From positions 147,312,001-147,376,000 of the forward strand of contig OX597816.1 in NCBI GenBank assembly GCA_951406725.2: DNA of 64,000 nt, read 5' to 3'. Made by a program: the position numbers and the translations under genes. Source of the stretch: Octopus vulgaris. Lineage: Eukaryota. The notes beneath the pieces were generated by a model. It had not been told where the DNA came from, searched no databases, and saw only the letters and a list, made by a program, of their open reading frames with translations. Below are positions 40,881 to 53,291 of this stretch, piece after piece; positions within the stretch are counted from its first letter, which is position 1, and each line of letters starts with the position of its first letter.

Positions 40881-41631
40881 CAGGTTTTAAATTACATTCA
40901 CGAAAATCAAAAAAACACTCTACCTTTCCAAGTGTCATATCTCCCATTTTCTACTTCCAAACAATATCTGCCATCCAAGTTGCAATTTGTATTCGAACTT
41001 GATTCTGAAAAATAGCATGACAGTGTGGAGAAAATGTATTTTTGTCTGTAAGGAATTTCGTGCTAACAGTAAAATCTTTCGACTACAACAACGAACTATC
41101 TGGTATTGTCACGTATCAGCATAATTGCGATATACTCCAGAAATACATACTGTCTATTTTTACCTGAAAATGTATTTAGTCGTAAGCCACAGGCCACTGT
41201 CTGGTCTGTAACTTATCTGTCAAATAAATTTGTGTAAAATGCAATTTGAAAATGAGGATCACACTCTACAATGTATAACTGGGTAGAGTAAAACAGGAAA
41301 TAAGTGGAAATGATACGGTTGGAACACGACTGATCAATTTTGTAATCAAACTCGCAGACGTTCTGGAGTTAATCGAGAATAAAAACATGAAAAGAAATTC
41401 ATATCGCTCAAACGAAACTCAGATTCACTACCAAAAGGGTCTTGTTGCAACTATGCAGAAGCAATGCAAGTGAAGAGACCGTGGGACTCTCTATATAGAC
41501 GCACTAGAATTAATATCCACATCTATTTAATATTACACCATAAATCTAAAAACATGGAAGCAAACATTGGTTAATGTAATCCAGACGATATATATATATA
41601 TATATATAAATATATATATATATAATATAAT

Positions 41632-41889
41632 AAAATGCTGACAAAATAATTTAAGTAATTTAAGTAATTTAATTAGGTGAAAGTTCTTTTCACCGGTTGC
41701 GCATTTGTTATGCTTATCAAAAGATATTTTTTTAAGATAGATTTTTTCCTCTTATCCTCTTATCAGATAAGAGGAAAAAATCTATCTTAAAAAATATCTT
41801 TTGATAAGCATAACAAATGCATAACCGGTAAAAAGAACTTTCACCTAATTAAATTACTTAAATTACTTAAATTATTTTGTCAGCATTTT
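41632..41889. repeat. Near-perfect palindrome (125/124-bp arms, 9-nt centre), probable inverted PLE pLTR
   Basis: 41632-41756 versus 41766-41889: 3 substitutions and 1 indel by eye; each arm carries TCTT TTGATAA GCAT AACAA ATGC (G/A)(C/T)AAC CG GT. Confidence 0.95.
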
Positions 41890-41942
41890 CTTCATTTCCT
41901 TTTTTATATATCACAACTCGTGTTCCGCATCCCCTTTTTTAA

Positions 41943-41992
<50 letters not shown>

Positions 41993-41994
<2 letters not shown>

Positions 41995-42385
41995 GCTGCG
42001 AGCTGGTAGATACGTTAGAACGCCGGGCGAAATGCTTAGCAGTATTTCGTCTGCCGCTACGTTCTGAGTTCAAATTCCGCCGAGGTCGACTTTGCCTTTC
42101 TTCCTTTCGGGGTCGATAAATTAAGTACCAGTTACGCACCGGGGTTGATGTAATTGACTTAATCCGTTTGTCTTTGTTTGTCCCCTCTGTGTCTGGCACC
42201 TTGTGGGTAGTAAAGAAATAGGTATTTCGTCTCTATCTACGTTCTGAGTTTAAATTCCACCGAGGCCGACTTTATCTTCCATCCTTTCCAGGTCGATGAA
42301 TTAAGTACCAGTTACGTACTGAGGTCGATCTAATCAGCTGGTCTCCTCCCCAAAAATTTCGGGTCATGTGCCTAGAGCAGAAAAG
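41993..42385 (+). mobile_element. Dimeric tRNA-derived SINE (MetaSINE-like): unit 1 Tx1-like tail, unit 2 type-2 tail
   Basis: A/B boxes; junction GTAAAGAAATA|GGTATTTCGTC at about 42220. Confidence 0.92.
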
Positions 42386-42424
42386 TATATACATATATAA
42401 TACACACACACACACACACACACA

Positions 42425-42487
<63 letters not shown>

Positions 42488-43394
42488 AGGAAACAGACGA
42501 GATTATCACCATTGAAAGATTTTGGCAACTGACTTATGTCTGCACAATGGAGAAATACTTTGCTAAGTCAGTTTCTCCCAACATTTCAGAAACTTCCTCA
42601 TCACAGTCTTTCACTTTACTCTTGAATTGACGAGGACTTGCGATAGATGTATTTAAAAATGTGTTAGCCGACTATTAAATCAGCTATGAATACTTCAGAA
42701 GTGGTAAATTTACCATCACATTATGGTGCTTTCACGATTCCACTATAATATCATTTATGTAATCCCATCTTATTTTCAGATATCAGTAACGTCGAAATGT
42801 TTCCCAAGATGGTAACAGATTTTTATTAAATAAATTAAAATTTGAAAGTAATTTCATTAGAAAGCACTTAATCGAGTTTGCTAAGAACAATGTTAATTAA
42901 TATTTATTAGATAGAAAGTGAGTAGTAAAATTTTTGTTTAGATTCGCCATTCAAAATAATTATATCCTCAAAATAGAGGAATAAATAAATAAAAAAATAA
43001 ATAAATTTGAGTGGACACCAATATAAAAGATAAGTATTTAAGACTTTTATCGATAAAAGCAATCGGAGAGATAGCGAGTTTAACTTACAGATACTTGCAC
43101 AGGAATTTGTTTGCTACGAAACATTCTGCTTGAACAATTTAGCAAATCACATTATGTGAAGAAAATCAAATCTGATGAATTCCGACACCAGGCGGTGTAA
43201 CTAATCGTAGTCAATAACCCCTTAGAGATTAACTTGTCATGTTTTGTAGTCAATCAAATTTTATATCCGGCATCACTGTACTAATACTGTGGTGCTATAT
43301 AACCAAACACATAATAAATTTCTGACGCACTAAATAGAAATAAGAGGATAGAAGAAAGGGGACAATATGAAGTTGATGTGAATACCTCATTGAC

Positions 43395-43461
43395 AATGGT
43401 GAAGATGAACGGGTCCAACTTAATGGCGAAGATGAACGGTCCAACTTAAAGCCGAAGATGG
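43395..43461 (+). repeat. 26-27-bp tandem repeat, 2.5 copies
   Basis: AATGG(T/C)GAAGATGAACGG(G)TCCAACTT repeated. Confidence 0.8.
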
Positions 43462-45592
43462 GTGAAGTTTCATCTAGCAAGATTTCATTTTATGTATCAG
43501 ATGTGAATGTGTGGGTTTGCGTGTGTGCTTCATACATAAGAGTGTGTATTTCTGCGTGTATGCGTATCGCACGAGTTTGCATGCAACGTAACTGTTCGTG
43601 CGCATGTGTGAACGGTGTTTTGTGCCCCACTGTGTTTTATAAATTAGACGTAAGCTAATTTCATGTTCTTTCACAATACTCTATAATCCACTGAACCGTC
43701 TCTTATTTCCACTTCATGTTATTAAGCGGGGGATAGAAAAATCTCCTTTTGAATAACACATTGATCTAGAGAGCATAGATTTTAACGTTGTAATGCAAAG
43801 AAATAGAATTTTCCTCAAAGTTATAATGTTATTGCGCATAACATCATTCGATGTTGTTCTATTTTCATCTACGGTGACGTTGTTAGTTTCCAGGCATACT
43901 TACTGACAATAGAGTGTAGTATTAGTGGTAAGATACAGGTCACTGATATCTTACTGGCTGCTCTTCTATAAAGTAGCGTATATGATTTTGCTTATTATAT
44001 CAGGGATGTTGTTAATGATATATTCTGACATTTCAAAACCTGCTTAAAACGTCAGGGAATGACTGACGTGCGGACAGGTGGCACCTTTCACAGTATGTCC
44101 TGTTATCTACCTAATGACATATCAACTGACCACGCTACACGTTCACAGGCACAAAGACACAGAGACACACGTGCGTCTGTATAACCTTATAAATATATAC
44201 ATACAAATACATATTTTTTGTCACTGTATCTGAATTTTACTGGATTTTTGACTTTTCATCTCTGGCACGGTATATATCTGTATCTCACACTTAGAATTTA
44301 ATTTAACCCTTTCCCCTTCCTTAGAAAATGATTTTACAGCCTTACATCATACTTCAGGTAAGTGATGCACGGGCTTCATCAATAAGTCTATTCGTTGGTG
44401 CTCGCATCCACACATACATCACATATAAATGTTCATTGTATTTACATATATATATATATATAGTGATAAAATGTTTAAGACAATAGAATATATGTTGGCT
44501 ATGTGTAGGCACGTAGATATTTAAAGAAGATTCACATGATTTATTTCATACTGTTATATTTAAGTATTCTCCTACATGGATTAGTACGATGATAAAAAGT
44601 GTCATATGAATAACTTCATTTGAACATACTTTTGAAATAACAGATATTTTGAGCAAAAAAAAAAAGAAAATATCATTTGTTAGACATCGTGCGGTGACAA
44701 GAACATTAGAAATATACGTCAAGAAATTTATTGAAATTGTCTTATTACTGCCCCTAGCGAAAATACTCAGCTACTCTATGCCGTCACTGAATTATATTAC
44801 ATTAACATGTACATAATATCTGAGGTTTTTGTATATAATTTTGTATATAATTTTGTATATAATTTTTATGAATACTTTTGAGAATTATTACATATGCGAA
44901 TCATATTAATCATGATTTCCGAAAAAGATCTTGCACGATTATGTCGTATTGATTTATTCCGACTCAGCAGACAGCCTTATACTTTGAGAAGCAGAAGACA
45001 TAGGGTTTCTAAAGTTCCTGCTGATATCAAGAGTTCACTACGTAAGGAAATGTTATTTCAATTGTTTCATTCCCAAATATTGCTGTCATAATTTTAAAAA
45101 TTTAATCAGAAGTTTACTTTGCAACTACGTTTATATAGAGTTTCTTTTATTAGATTCTTATTCTCCCAAGTTTATTCATGATGCACAGGGTTTGTTTAAT
45201 CGTTAGGAAGGGTACTAACTTACATGATATGTGGCTATGTCCACAATCTTTTGGGCAGTAATGATTCATGCTTAGAGAACAGCTTGCCTCTGAATCTGGA
45301 AACTGCTTCAAGGCCGAATTCTGATAACATTTGAAACATATCTTTATAAAGTAAAGTAAGAATTATGAAGAATGAAACACTTCTTACGAAAGAATCAGGA
45401 AATATAAGGCCACAGCAGGAAAACAACTACCAGATTGGATGAAGAATATGAATTGCTTATGGCAAAACCAAGATCCTTCTCAAAATATATGTAATTAGAA
45501 TATAGGCTATGTGTAGTTAATACCAAGTTCTTACCTCACTCATAGATACCTATATATACATATGTATATATAAATATTATGCAAGTATATAT

Positions 45593-45644
<52 letters not shown>

Positions 45645-46049
45645 GTGTATATATATGTATACATATGTATATATACACACTCATAAACACACACACGGGT
45701 GTATATATATATCATGATACAGCTATAAAGACTATCGTTCAGGACTTATTGGATTATACATCTCTCTTCGGTAGAGCCTTGCAATTGACGCAAAAGCAGG
45801 ATTCTTTACACCTGAAAAATTTCGATGATAGTCTGGGAATTCGACAGTGAAAGTATCCTAAATCTTAGGATGAGTACTGCATTGGAATTGCCCTATCTTT
45901 CTATTCTGCTAGGACCTTATGTGTGTATGAGTTTATCTGCGCGCGTGTGTGTGGGCGTGTGCATTTCGGGACTGTGATTTTACCAATAAGCACACACACA
46001 CACACTACTTGTTTGATCTGTACATTATTAGATTTATTATTACTATCAT

Positions 46050-46243
46050 TAACTTTTTCAGTTCTATATTTAAGGGGTGAGGAATTATGTACATTATTAA
46101 CATTATTTACATTATTTACATTATTTACATTTGTCCTCATCTTGTTTGTTGTTAACACGTTTCGGCTGATATGCGCTCCAGCCTTCATCAGGTGTCTTGG
46201 AGAAATTTCGAACCTGGGTTCTCATTCCTAAGGTATTTTCCAT
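46050..46243 (-). mobile_element. Short interspersed element body with hammerhead-like motif (46151-46196) and B-box-like motif
   Basis: Minus strand CCCAGGTTCGAAATT..ACAC CTGATGA A GGCTG GAGCGCATAT CAGCC GAAAC GTGT..; tail of (AATGTAAAT)n; begins at (TAA)n. Confidence 0.65.
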
Positions 46244-46292
46244 GTTGTTGTTATTATTATTATTATTGTTATTATTATTATTATTATTATTA

Positions 46293-47333
46293 CTTTTTTT
46301 TTCTTCTTTCAAATTTGCTTCCATTTCTTGCCGAGTGTCTTCCCGACTCCTAGGGCAAAGAAACTCATAGTATACATTGGTAGGCCATTAAACCAAACTC
46401 AGTAGTTCGTTCATTTTTTTTTTTTTTTTTAAAGTTAAATTAAAATACATGAGCAGCAACAGTTCTCACATCGACAATGCTCTCCTCAATACGTGTGATG
46501 TACCAGTTAAGACAATCTTTTGCACTTCTTGCAGGGATGGTAAGCCAGGGATCATTCTCATATAATTTTCGGTTCCCTTCTTGATCATTCCTAGTGCTCC
46601 TACTATCACTGGTATTGTAACCGCCTTGAGATGCCACATTTTCTCAATTTCAATGAGTAGGTCTTTATATTTTCTGAGCTTGTCAAACTCTTTCGCTGAG
46701 ATATTATGATCACAGGGGATGCTCATGTCGATCAATAAGCAAACTTTATTGTTTTGGTCTTTCACAACAATATCTGGTTTATTGGCCTTGATGGTTCGGT
46801 CTGTATGTACTGGAAAGTCCCACAGAATGGTTACATTTTCTCCTTCAGTTACAGCCTCAGGGTGGTGATTATACCACTTGTCGGCAGTTTTGATATTGTA
46901 ATGCTGACTTATTAGCCAGTGGAGATATTGGCCAATTCTGTCATGTCTTAATTTATACTCCACTGGTGCTAAGACTTTACATCCAGAGATTAGGTGGTCC
47001 ACTGTTTCAATCATGTTGTTGCAGAATCGGCATTTTGGGTCTGCTCCATTTTTCATCACATCGGCCTGGTAGTTCCGGGTTAATAGGCTTTGATCTTGAG
47101 CAGCCAGGATGAAACCTTCGCTCTCTGCTTTTAGCCCTGAGCTCCGTAGCCACTGATGGGTTTGCTTCTGGTTAACATCAGCTTGTTTGCTGCGGGTCAC
47201 ATATTTGCCGTGCAGAGGTTTCTCCTCCCACCTATCAGCTAATTGCTCGTGCGCTTTTTTCATTGCCATCATTTTCACCTTCTTTGCAACAATAGTTGCC
47301 GTATTTCCCTCGGGTTGTTCAGTTTGGGTATCC

Positions 47334-47334
<1 letters not shown>
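46293..47334 (-). mobile_element. R4/Dong-like LINE 3' part, family A (CCHC zinc knuckle plus RLE), open frame
   Basis: ORF to stop at 46466: WEEKPLHGKY..GLKAESEGFILAAQDQSLLTRNY..CRFC..ETVDHLISGC..RHD..LWDFPVHTDRTIKANKPDIV..LLIDMSIPCD..K..KYKDL; both ends at (TTA)n. Confidence 0.95.
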
Positions 47335-47423
<89 letters not shown>

Positions 47424-47424
<1 letters not shown>

Positions 47425-48908
47425 TATGTTTGACTTTTGCTTTATATTTGTACAAGTTGGCTCCAAGTCTCACCCAGAGACCTCAAGAGACAACAGGGTT
47501 GGAAGTTCATGTTGTTGTTATGCCTAGTGTGCCATATATTTTGGGGGGTGGGGATGTTGTACTAATGAATGTCTAAAAAAAAAAGTTTTTTTTTTTAAAC
47601 CGAAAATTATGTTTGTTTTAAACCTTGAGATTACATAGTGAGTATTTTGCGTAGGATATGAGCAGTTCCCATGAGCACTATCTTTTGAACTTCTGCCATT
47701 TTTGGGTTTCCTGGTATCTGAGTTAGGTAGCTATCAGCCCCTTTTGCTATCATTCCCAGGGCACCTATGACAACAGGTATTGTTTTAGTCTTCAGCTTCC
47801 ACATTTTGCTGATTTCTATTTCAAGATCTTTATATTTGCTCAGTTTTTGGTAGGTCTTGACAGATACGTTTATATCGATTGGGACAGTCATATCAATGAG
47901 GAGGCATGTTCTTTCTTTGAAGTCTTTCAATATGATGTCTGGCCTATTTTCATCTATCTTCCTGTCAGTTTAAATGGTGAAGTTCCAGAGGAGTGAGATG
48001 TGGTCATTTTCAAGCACTGGGGGTGGTTTGTGTTCCCACCAGTTTTTTTCATGGGGCAAATCCAGGTTTTTACAGATTACCCAGTGAATATATTGTGCAG
48101 CTCTATCGTGCCTGTTGAGATACTCTGTAGGCGCTAGAAGACTGCATTTGGAGACCACATGGTCAATGGTTTCATTTTGTTGCTTGCATACACGACACGT
48201 TGGACTGCTTCTGATCTTTAATATGTTGGCCTGGTAGTTTCTTGTTGGTAGGCATTGATCTTGAGCTGCTATGATAAACCCCTCTGTTTCAGATTTTAAG
48301 CCAGAGGCCATTAGCCATTGATGGGTCAGGGCTTTGTCGATATCTGCATTATTCGCTCTCTTTGGGTATTTGCCATAGAGAGGTTTTTCTTGCCATTTAT
48401 TATTCAGAATATCTAAGGCCGCAGTTTTGGCACGGGTTTTCATGCGCCTAGCTTTTTCTGTGCTTGTTTCTTGTATATCTATCTCTAATTCCGAAATTGG
48501 TTGTATTCGGAATTCACTTAGATATTCCTTTGCCTGTTTTGTGACTGAGTATGATGCTTTCTTGTTTTCATGTTTTGAGACAAGTTTTAACATCCAGTCC
48601 TCAGAGTTTTTCAGGTAGGTGTCTAGGCCAATTGTAGCAATCTTCATTGTTATTGCCAGTTGCAAAAGACCACGGCCTCCCTCTTTTCTTGGCAGATAGA
48701 GTCGTTCTGTATCTGCCTTAGGGTGGTGCATTCTATGCATTGTCAACAGTTTCCTTATTTTTCTGTCGAGCTGACATATTTCAGTAATTGACCAGTTAAC
48801 AATATTGAAACTGTAAGTCACGACTGGTATAGCTAATGCATTGATCGCTTCGATCCTGTTTCTTGCATTCAGCTCTGTCTTGAGTATTGCTCTCACTCTT
48901 CGATAGCA
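47424..48908 (-). mobile_element. R4/Dong-like LINE 3' part, family B (RT C-terminus, CCHC, RLE; one frameshift near 47970)
   Basis: ORFs 47970-48896 (RLYLPRKEGGRGL, GLKSETEGFIIAAQDQ, CRVC..HVVSKC, RHD) and 47631-47930; both ends at (TTA)n. Confidence 0.95.
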
Positions 48909-48943
48909 TTATTATTATAATTATTATTATTATTATTATTATA

Positions 48944-49019
<76 letters not shown>

Positions 49020-49038
49020 TTGCGGCCTAGAATATGGC

Positions 49039-49130
49039 CACGGGCATATGGCGTAGTGGTTAAGAGCGCGGGCTACTAACCCCAAGATTCCGAGTTCCAT
49101 TCCAGGTAATGATCTGAATAATGATAATAA
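49039..49130 (+). mobile_element. tRNA-derived SINE head followed by (TAA)n
   Basis: GGGCATATGGCGTAGTGGTTAAGAGCGCGGGCTACTAACCCCAAGATTCCGAGTTCCATTCCAGG: A-box TGGCGTAGTGG and B-box-like GAGTTCCATTCC; no acceptor-stem partner. Confidence 0.75.
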
Positions 49131-49744
49131 TAAAGCTAAAGTGAAGATCAAATAAATAATGCGCGTATTCATTGGCAAAGTGACTGTCTCCAAAAATAAT
49201 AATATCGGTTTCAACACACGAATCCAAATCAAATATCTTGCAAAACAAATACATAAACGCATACATTTGTATGTGTATATGTGTATGTGTGTGTGTGCGC
49301 ATGATTATGTGAGTCTGCATGTGTGTGTGTGTGTGTGGTTGCTACTGCTTATCCACGAAGCCCTAGTAATTGCAGACACGCGTTTGCGCTTATCTGTCTC
49401 TGCTTAGTATTTTGTATGCCATCTTTACCTCAAATTTTACTCGTATTGTTTGTATAATTTTTCCTTCTTTATTTTCTTTCTCTCATATGTGTGTATGTGT
49501 GTGCACATACGCTTGTGTGTGTGTGAAACCACGTGGCCTTATTATTAGTTCGTTGTGTAAAAGCCGTCTTGATTCCTGAGAAGGCCAGTATGTTGTTTGC
49601 TTCAGTAAGGTACATCATTGCATGTTATACCAATCTAACAGCTGAAGATGACAAACAGCCATGTATAAGTGCACTGTTCTCTCCCTTTCGCTGTCACATC
49701 CTAGACGAAACATTGTGTCAAGGGTCAGAGATCTAAGAGCGTTA

Positions 49745-50020
49745 GTAGACGGAAACTGAAAGAAGCCTGTCGTATGTATGTATATATATATGTATGTGTG
49801 TGTGTTTGTGTGTCTGTGTTTGTCCCTCTAGTATTGCTTGACAACCGATGCTGGTGTGTTTACGTCCCCGTCACTTAGCGGTTCGGCAAAAAGAGACCGA
49901 TAGAATAAGTACTGGGCTTACAAAGAATAAGTCCCGGGGTCGATTTACTCGACTAAAGGCGGTGCTCCAGCATGGCCGCAGTCAAATGACTGAAACAAGT
50001 AAAAGTAAAAGTAAAAAGTA
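49745..50020 (+). mobile_element. Second-family SINE, 3' two-thirds
   Basis: GTAGACGGAAACTGAAAGAAGCC..GGCAAAAGAGACCGATAGAATAAGTACTGGGC..GCTCCAGCATGGCCGCAGTC, (AAGTAA)n tail. Confidence 0.9.
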
Positions 50021-52120
50021 AGTATAGTGCCACGTCATAATCATTCGTGAGTGACGGCTAAAGATACGTGTGTATGTGTGTCTGTGTGTGTGTGTTTGTA
50101 AGTTAAACACAATTCTGTGACTAGTTCTCGTATATGGTGTTCAAAATTGTTCTTCTTTAGTAAAGAACATTGTGGGTGTTCTCTACTCTGCAGAGTCATT
50201 CCATATTTTCCCTTGTAGTAAATTCGACTTACAGCTGTTTCTAGTAGTCATTATAGTTTCGTAATTGATAAATTTACTCAGTCGGCCTATTGTTCGTTTG
50301 AGAAAAATTGAATGACCTAGAAACTTAATGTTACTTTCGTCAGTCATTTCTGGTTATAATCTGCTTTTTTGTACATTGGAATTAAATGACTTCCATTGAG
50401 TGCAGCTTTAGTAAATGTGATGGAAATAATGACATCACTACGAGTGGCAAACACTGTATTGCCCAATGCTTCAAGCCTGCAACTAAAATAATTACCATCG
50501 TTTGACTAACCGAACCTCTTTCACTTTCTCTGTGAGACTAAAATGGGCTGTAATTTGTTCATATCGAGACATCAATTCCTGTATCGGTAACTGAACCCCT
50601 CATCCAGAACTATACAGTTGTAATTTTGGCGTCGACCTTGAGAGAGATAGACAAATAAATGTATAATCACCCATACTTCGTCTTTACCGTATATATCATT
50701 GGTTTCATTATTCCCAACGTTTCAATAATCGCCCGCCTACTAACGTCGCAGCAGCTGACACTGATATACTGATATAGTCACCACTACAGCACACGTAGAC
50801 TTAATCCTGTGTTAAACGCCACATATAGTCACAGTCAATATGAATTTTACCAAAATTTTGATTTTATTCTTAGTGTCAGGTCACCCCCTCAGTAAAAAGC
50901 TGGTTGATATTATCAAACTAGCTTTAAAACAACACCTGCAATTTAACATTTATGAGCGTGTATGTGTGTCTAAGTGTATATATTGTTGTTATGATTTACT
51001 AGTAAAGCAAGAAAAAGTAACTTTTAAAAAACTGCAATTTTTCATGTTAAAATTTAATTGGCAATCTAATTGAGAAATGTAATTAAAATATATACTGACA
51101 TATCGGTATGGGACTCATATTCTTTTTGCCAGTCTCCTATTTACATAGTTCTGTTCTTATAGAGTATCATTAAGAATATTCATTGAAAAATTTAGTAATT
51201 ACAATAATAGCAGCCAGAAATTAATAAGGTTTGAAGAGCGAAATTTTATTAAAGAAACTCAACAATAAAGATAAATATTGATCCAGGATAATTTAAAATG
51301 GTAATAATAATGAAAAGAGCATTTTCCGTTTTATTTGCATTGATATCATCATAATAATTTTTCTAAAATCAATTATTCATTATTTTCAAAAATATTTCTT
51401 ACTTGTCGCATAATTATGAAATGTAAAAATAGGAATCAACGCCAAAATACGTTATTTCGCTAATAAATAAACCGCTGTCACTCTAATGACTGAAATATTA
51501 GATAATCGAGAAAAAGTTGTGATAGTCTATAAACCAACAGAAAAAAAATATTTACAAATTGGAATTAATTATTTTGCTGAAAAGCGAAGTTTAACGTTTC
51601 GTTGAGAATGTGGAAAGTTTATGTCACTTGACTCGACTAACAAAAATGATAAACTAATAAAACCAGTGTTCCTTATGTTAAATTTTAGGCCAAAGGTTGG
51701 GGTTGCATGTTTAAAAATCTCCACATAGCTCCGCATGCCTTTTTCGCTATGACAGAAAGAAGAACTGATCTAAGTGTACAACACATGAATATCACTTGCA
51801 GGTTGCACAAATAGAGTTTATACCTACTTTTGCGGTGATATATGTTATATATGATTCACATTTTTCCTGGAAAGTCTCAGAACTGCATTTTGCTCCATGG
51901 GAAAAATAATTTTCGAAAATTATCAGAAATGTTATTGACAATATTGCTCCGCCAAGGCTTGCGAAAATTAAAATAGCTTGTGCTGTGATCTAAGGAAGCT
52001 GCAGCGATCATCATAAATACCAGGCATTACCCATTCCATAATTTCCCATTATTACCCTTGACAGAAGCAAAGTGAAACAAACTGAAAGACGCAGACATTA
52101 CGACGTGTGTTCCCTGGAAA

Positions 52121-52358
52121 TAACCTGCTCGTGAAATTAACGTACAAGAGTTGAGCACTCCACAGACACACGTATCCTTAAACGTGGTTCTCAGGGTGAT
52201 TCAGCGTGACACAGAATGTGACAAGACTGGCCCTTCGAATTACAGGGTCATCTCATTTTTGCCACCCGAGTGAATGGGAGCAAGGACACAACGCACCGCC
52301 GAGAAACGAACTTACGACCGTGAACCGATTACGTGAACCACTATGTCACGCGCCTTTA
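52121..52358 (-). mobile_element. Diverged tRNA-derived SINE, third family
   Basis: Minus strand GGCGCGTGACATAGTGGTT head..CGTTGTGTCCTTG; CORE/MIR-like segment. Confidence 0.6.
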
Positions 52359-52814
52359 CACAGACATAAAGTAATTCCTCGTCATGGATATAAAATACAT
52401 ATACACACATACATGCATATATGATCGTTTATATGTATATATATAAGCGTGTGTGTGATCGTTTAATAGCAATTATCTTTCAATTAATTGTAATTATTTT
52501 CCACTCTAAATCTAAATTATACATTGAAAATGTTTATCATGAATAATATTGTGAAACTCTACACTCAATCACAAACTGTAGACACTGACACAGACTCAAA
52601 ACACAAACACAAACACACACACGTTCACACACACCCTGCGTGTGTCTGTGTTTGTATACATTAGATTTCGAAGTAAATAATTTCCAGCATGAAATATAAA
52701 GGATCTAGTATTGAATTAGATATAATTACATCAGTTTCAATTCACTGTACATTTTGTTGACATACCAGGTTAACCCTGTCTTTTATCTTTTCAATTTTAC
52801 TTTTTATGTGGTTG

Positions 52815-53160
52815 GACTGCAGCCATGCTGGTGCGTCACCTTGAAACGTTCGTTCGAACTATTCTATCGCAGTATTTGTTTTAAATCTGGAACTTAATCT
52901 ATCGGTTTCTTTTGTCAAATCGCAAAGAATACATAAATATATATTAACAAATATCGGTTGTCATGTGGTACTGGGTGACAAACTCTGATACAGGCATCAA
53001 CACAAACATACACACATAGTTATATATGTAAACGATGGGTTCCCTTTTGTTTCCGTCTACGAAGTTTATTTACAAGGCTTTGGTCGACCCAGACCTAAAG
53101 TGGAACTGAACTCAAAACCACGTGATTACAGTCCAAGGTCCTTACCCACTCTGTCATACT
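52815..53160 (-). mobile_element. Diverged second-family SINE
   Basis: GACTGCAGCCATGCTGG..GTTTCCGTCTAC..CAAGGCTTTGGTCG..GGAACTGAAC. Confidence 0.7.
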
Positions 53161-53291
53161 GCACTTTCTTTCTCTCTTTGATTTTACTTTTTAATTTCAT
53201 AAATGAAGTAAGTTGAATACTAAGTGGTTAAGCACTTGAGGATTTGAAGTGGAGTTTCTTTCATTCAATACGTTAATATTTATTTCTTTAT

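Noticed and set aside
41240-41580. Possible RTE 3' relic
   Set aside because: Only faint motif echoes; not enough to call by eye.
43395-43461. CRISPR-like repeat
   Set aside because: The units are contiguous with no unique spacers, and the context is eukaryotic.
46466-47473. 335-aa ORF with a poly-Ile N-terminus as a membrane protein
   Set aside because: The N-terminus is the neighbouring element's 3'UTR plus (ATA)n read in frame with a truncated LINE ORF.
49039-49110. Functional tRNA gene
   Set aside because: No 3' acceptor-stem complement, imperfect anticodon and T stems, and it runs into (TAA)n; better explained as a SINE head.
49575-49724. Hammerhead-like CTGAGAA..GAAAC ATTGT GTC with a very long stem II insert
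   Set aside because: Core and stems are too degenerate to support from this copy alone.
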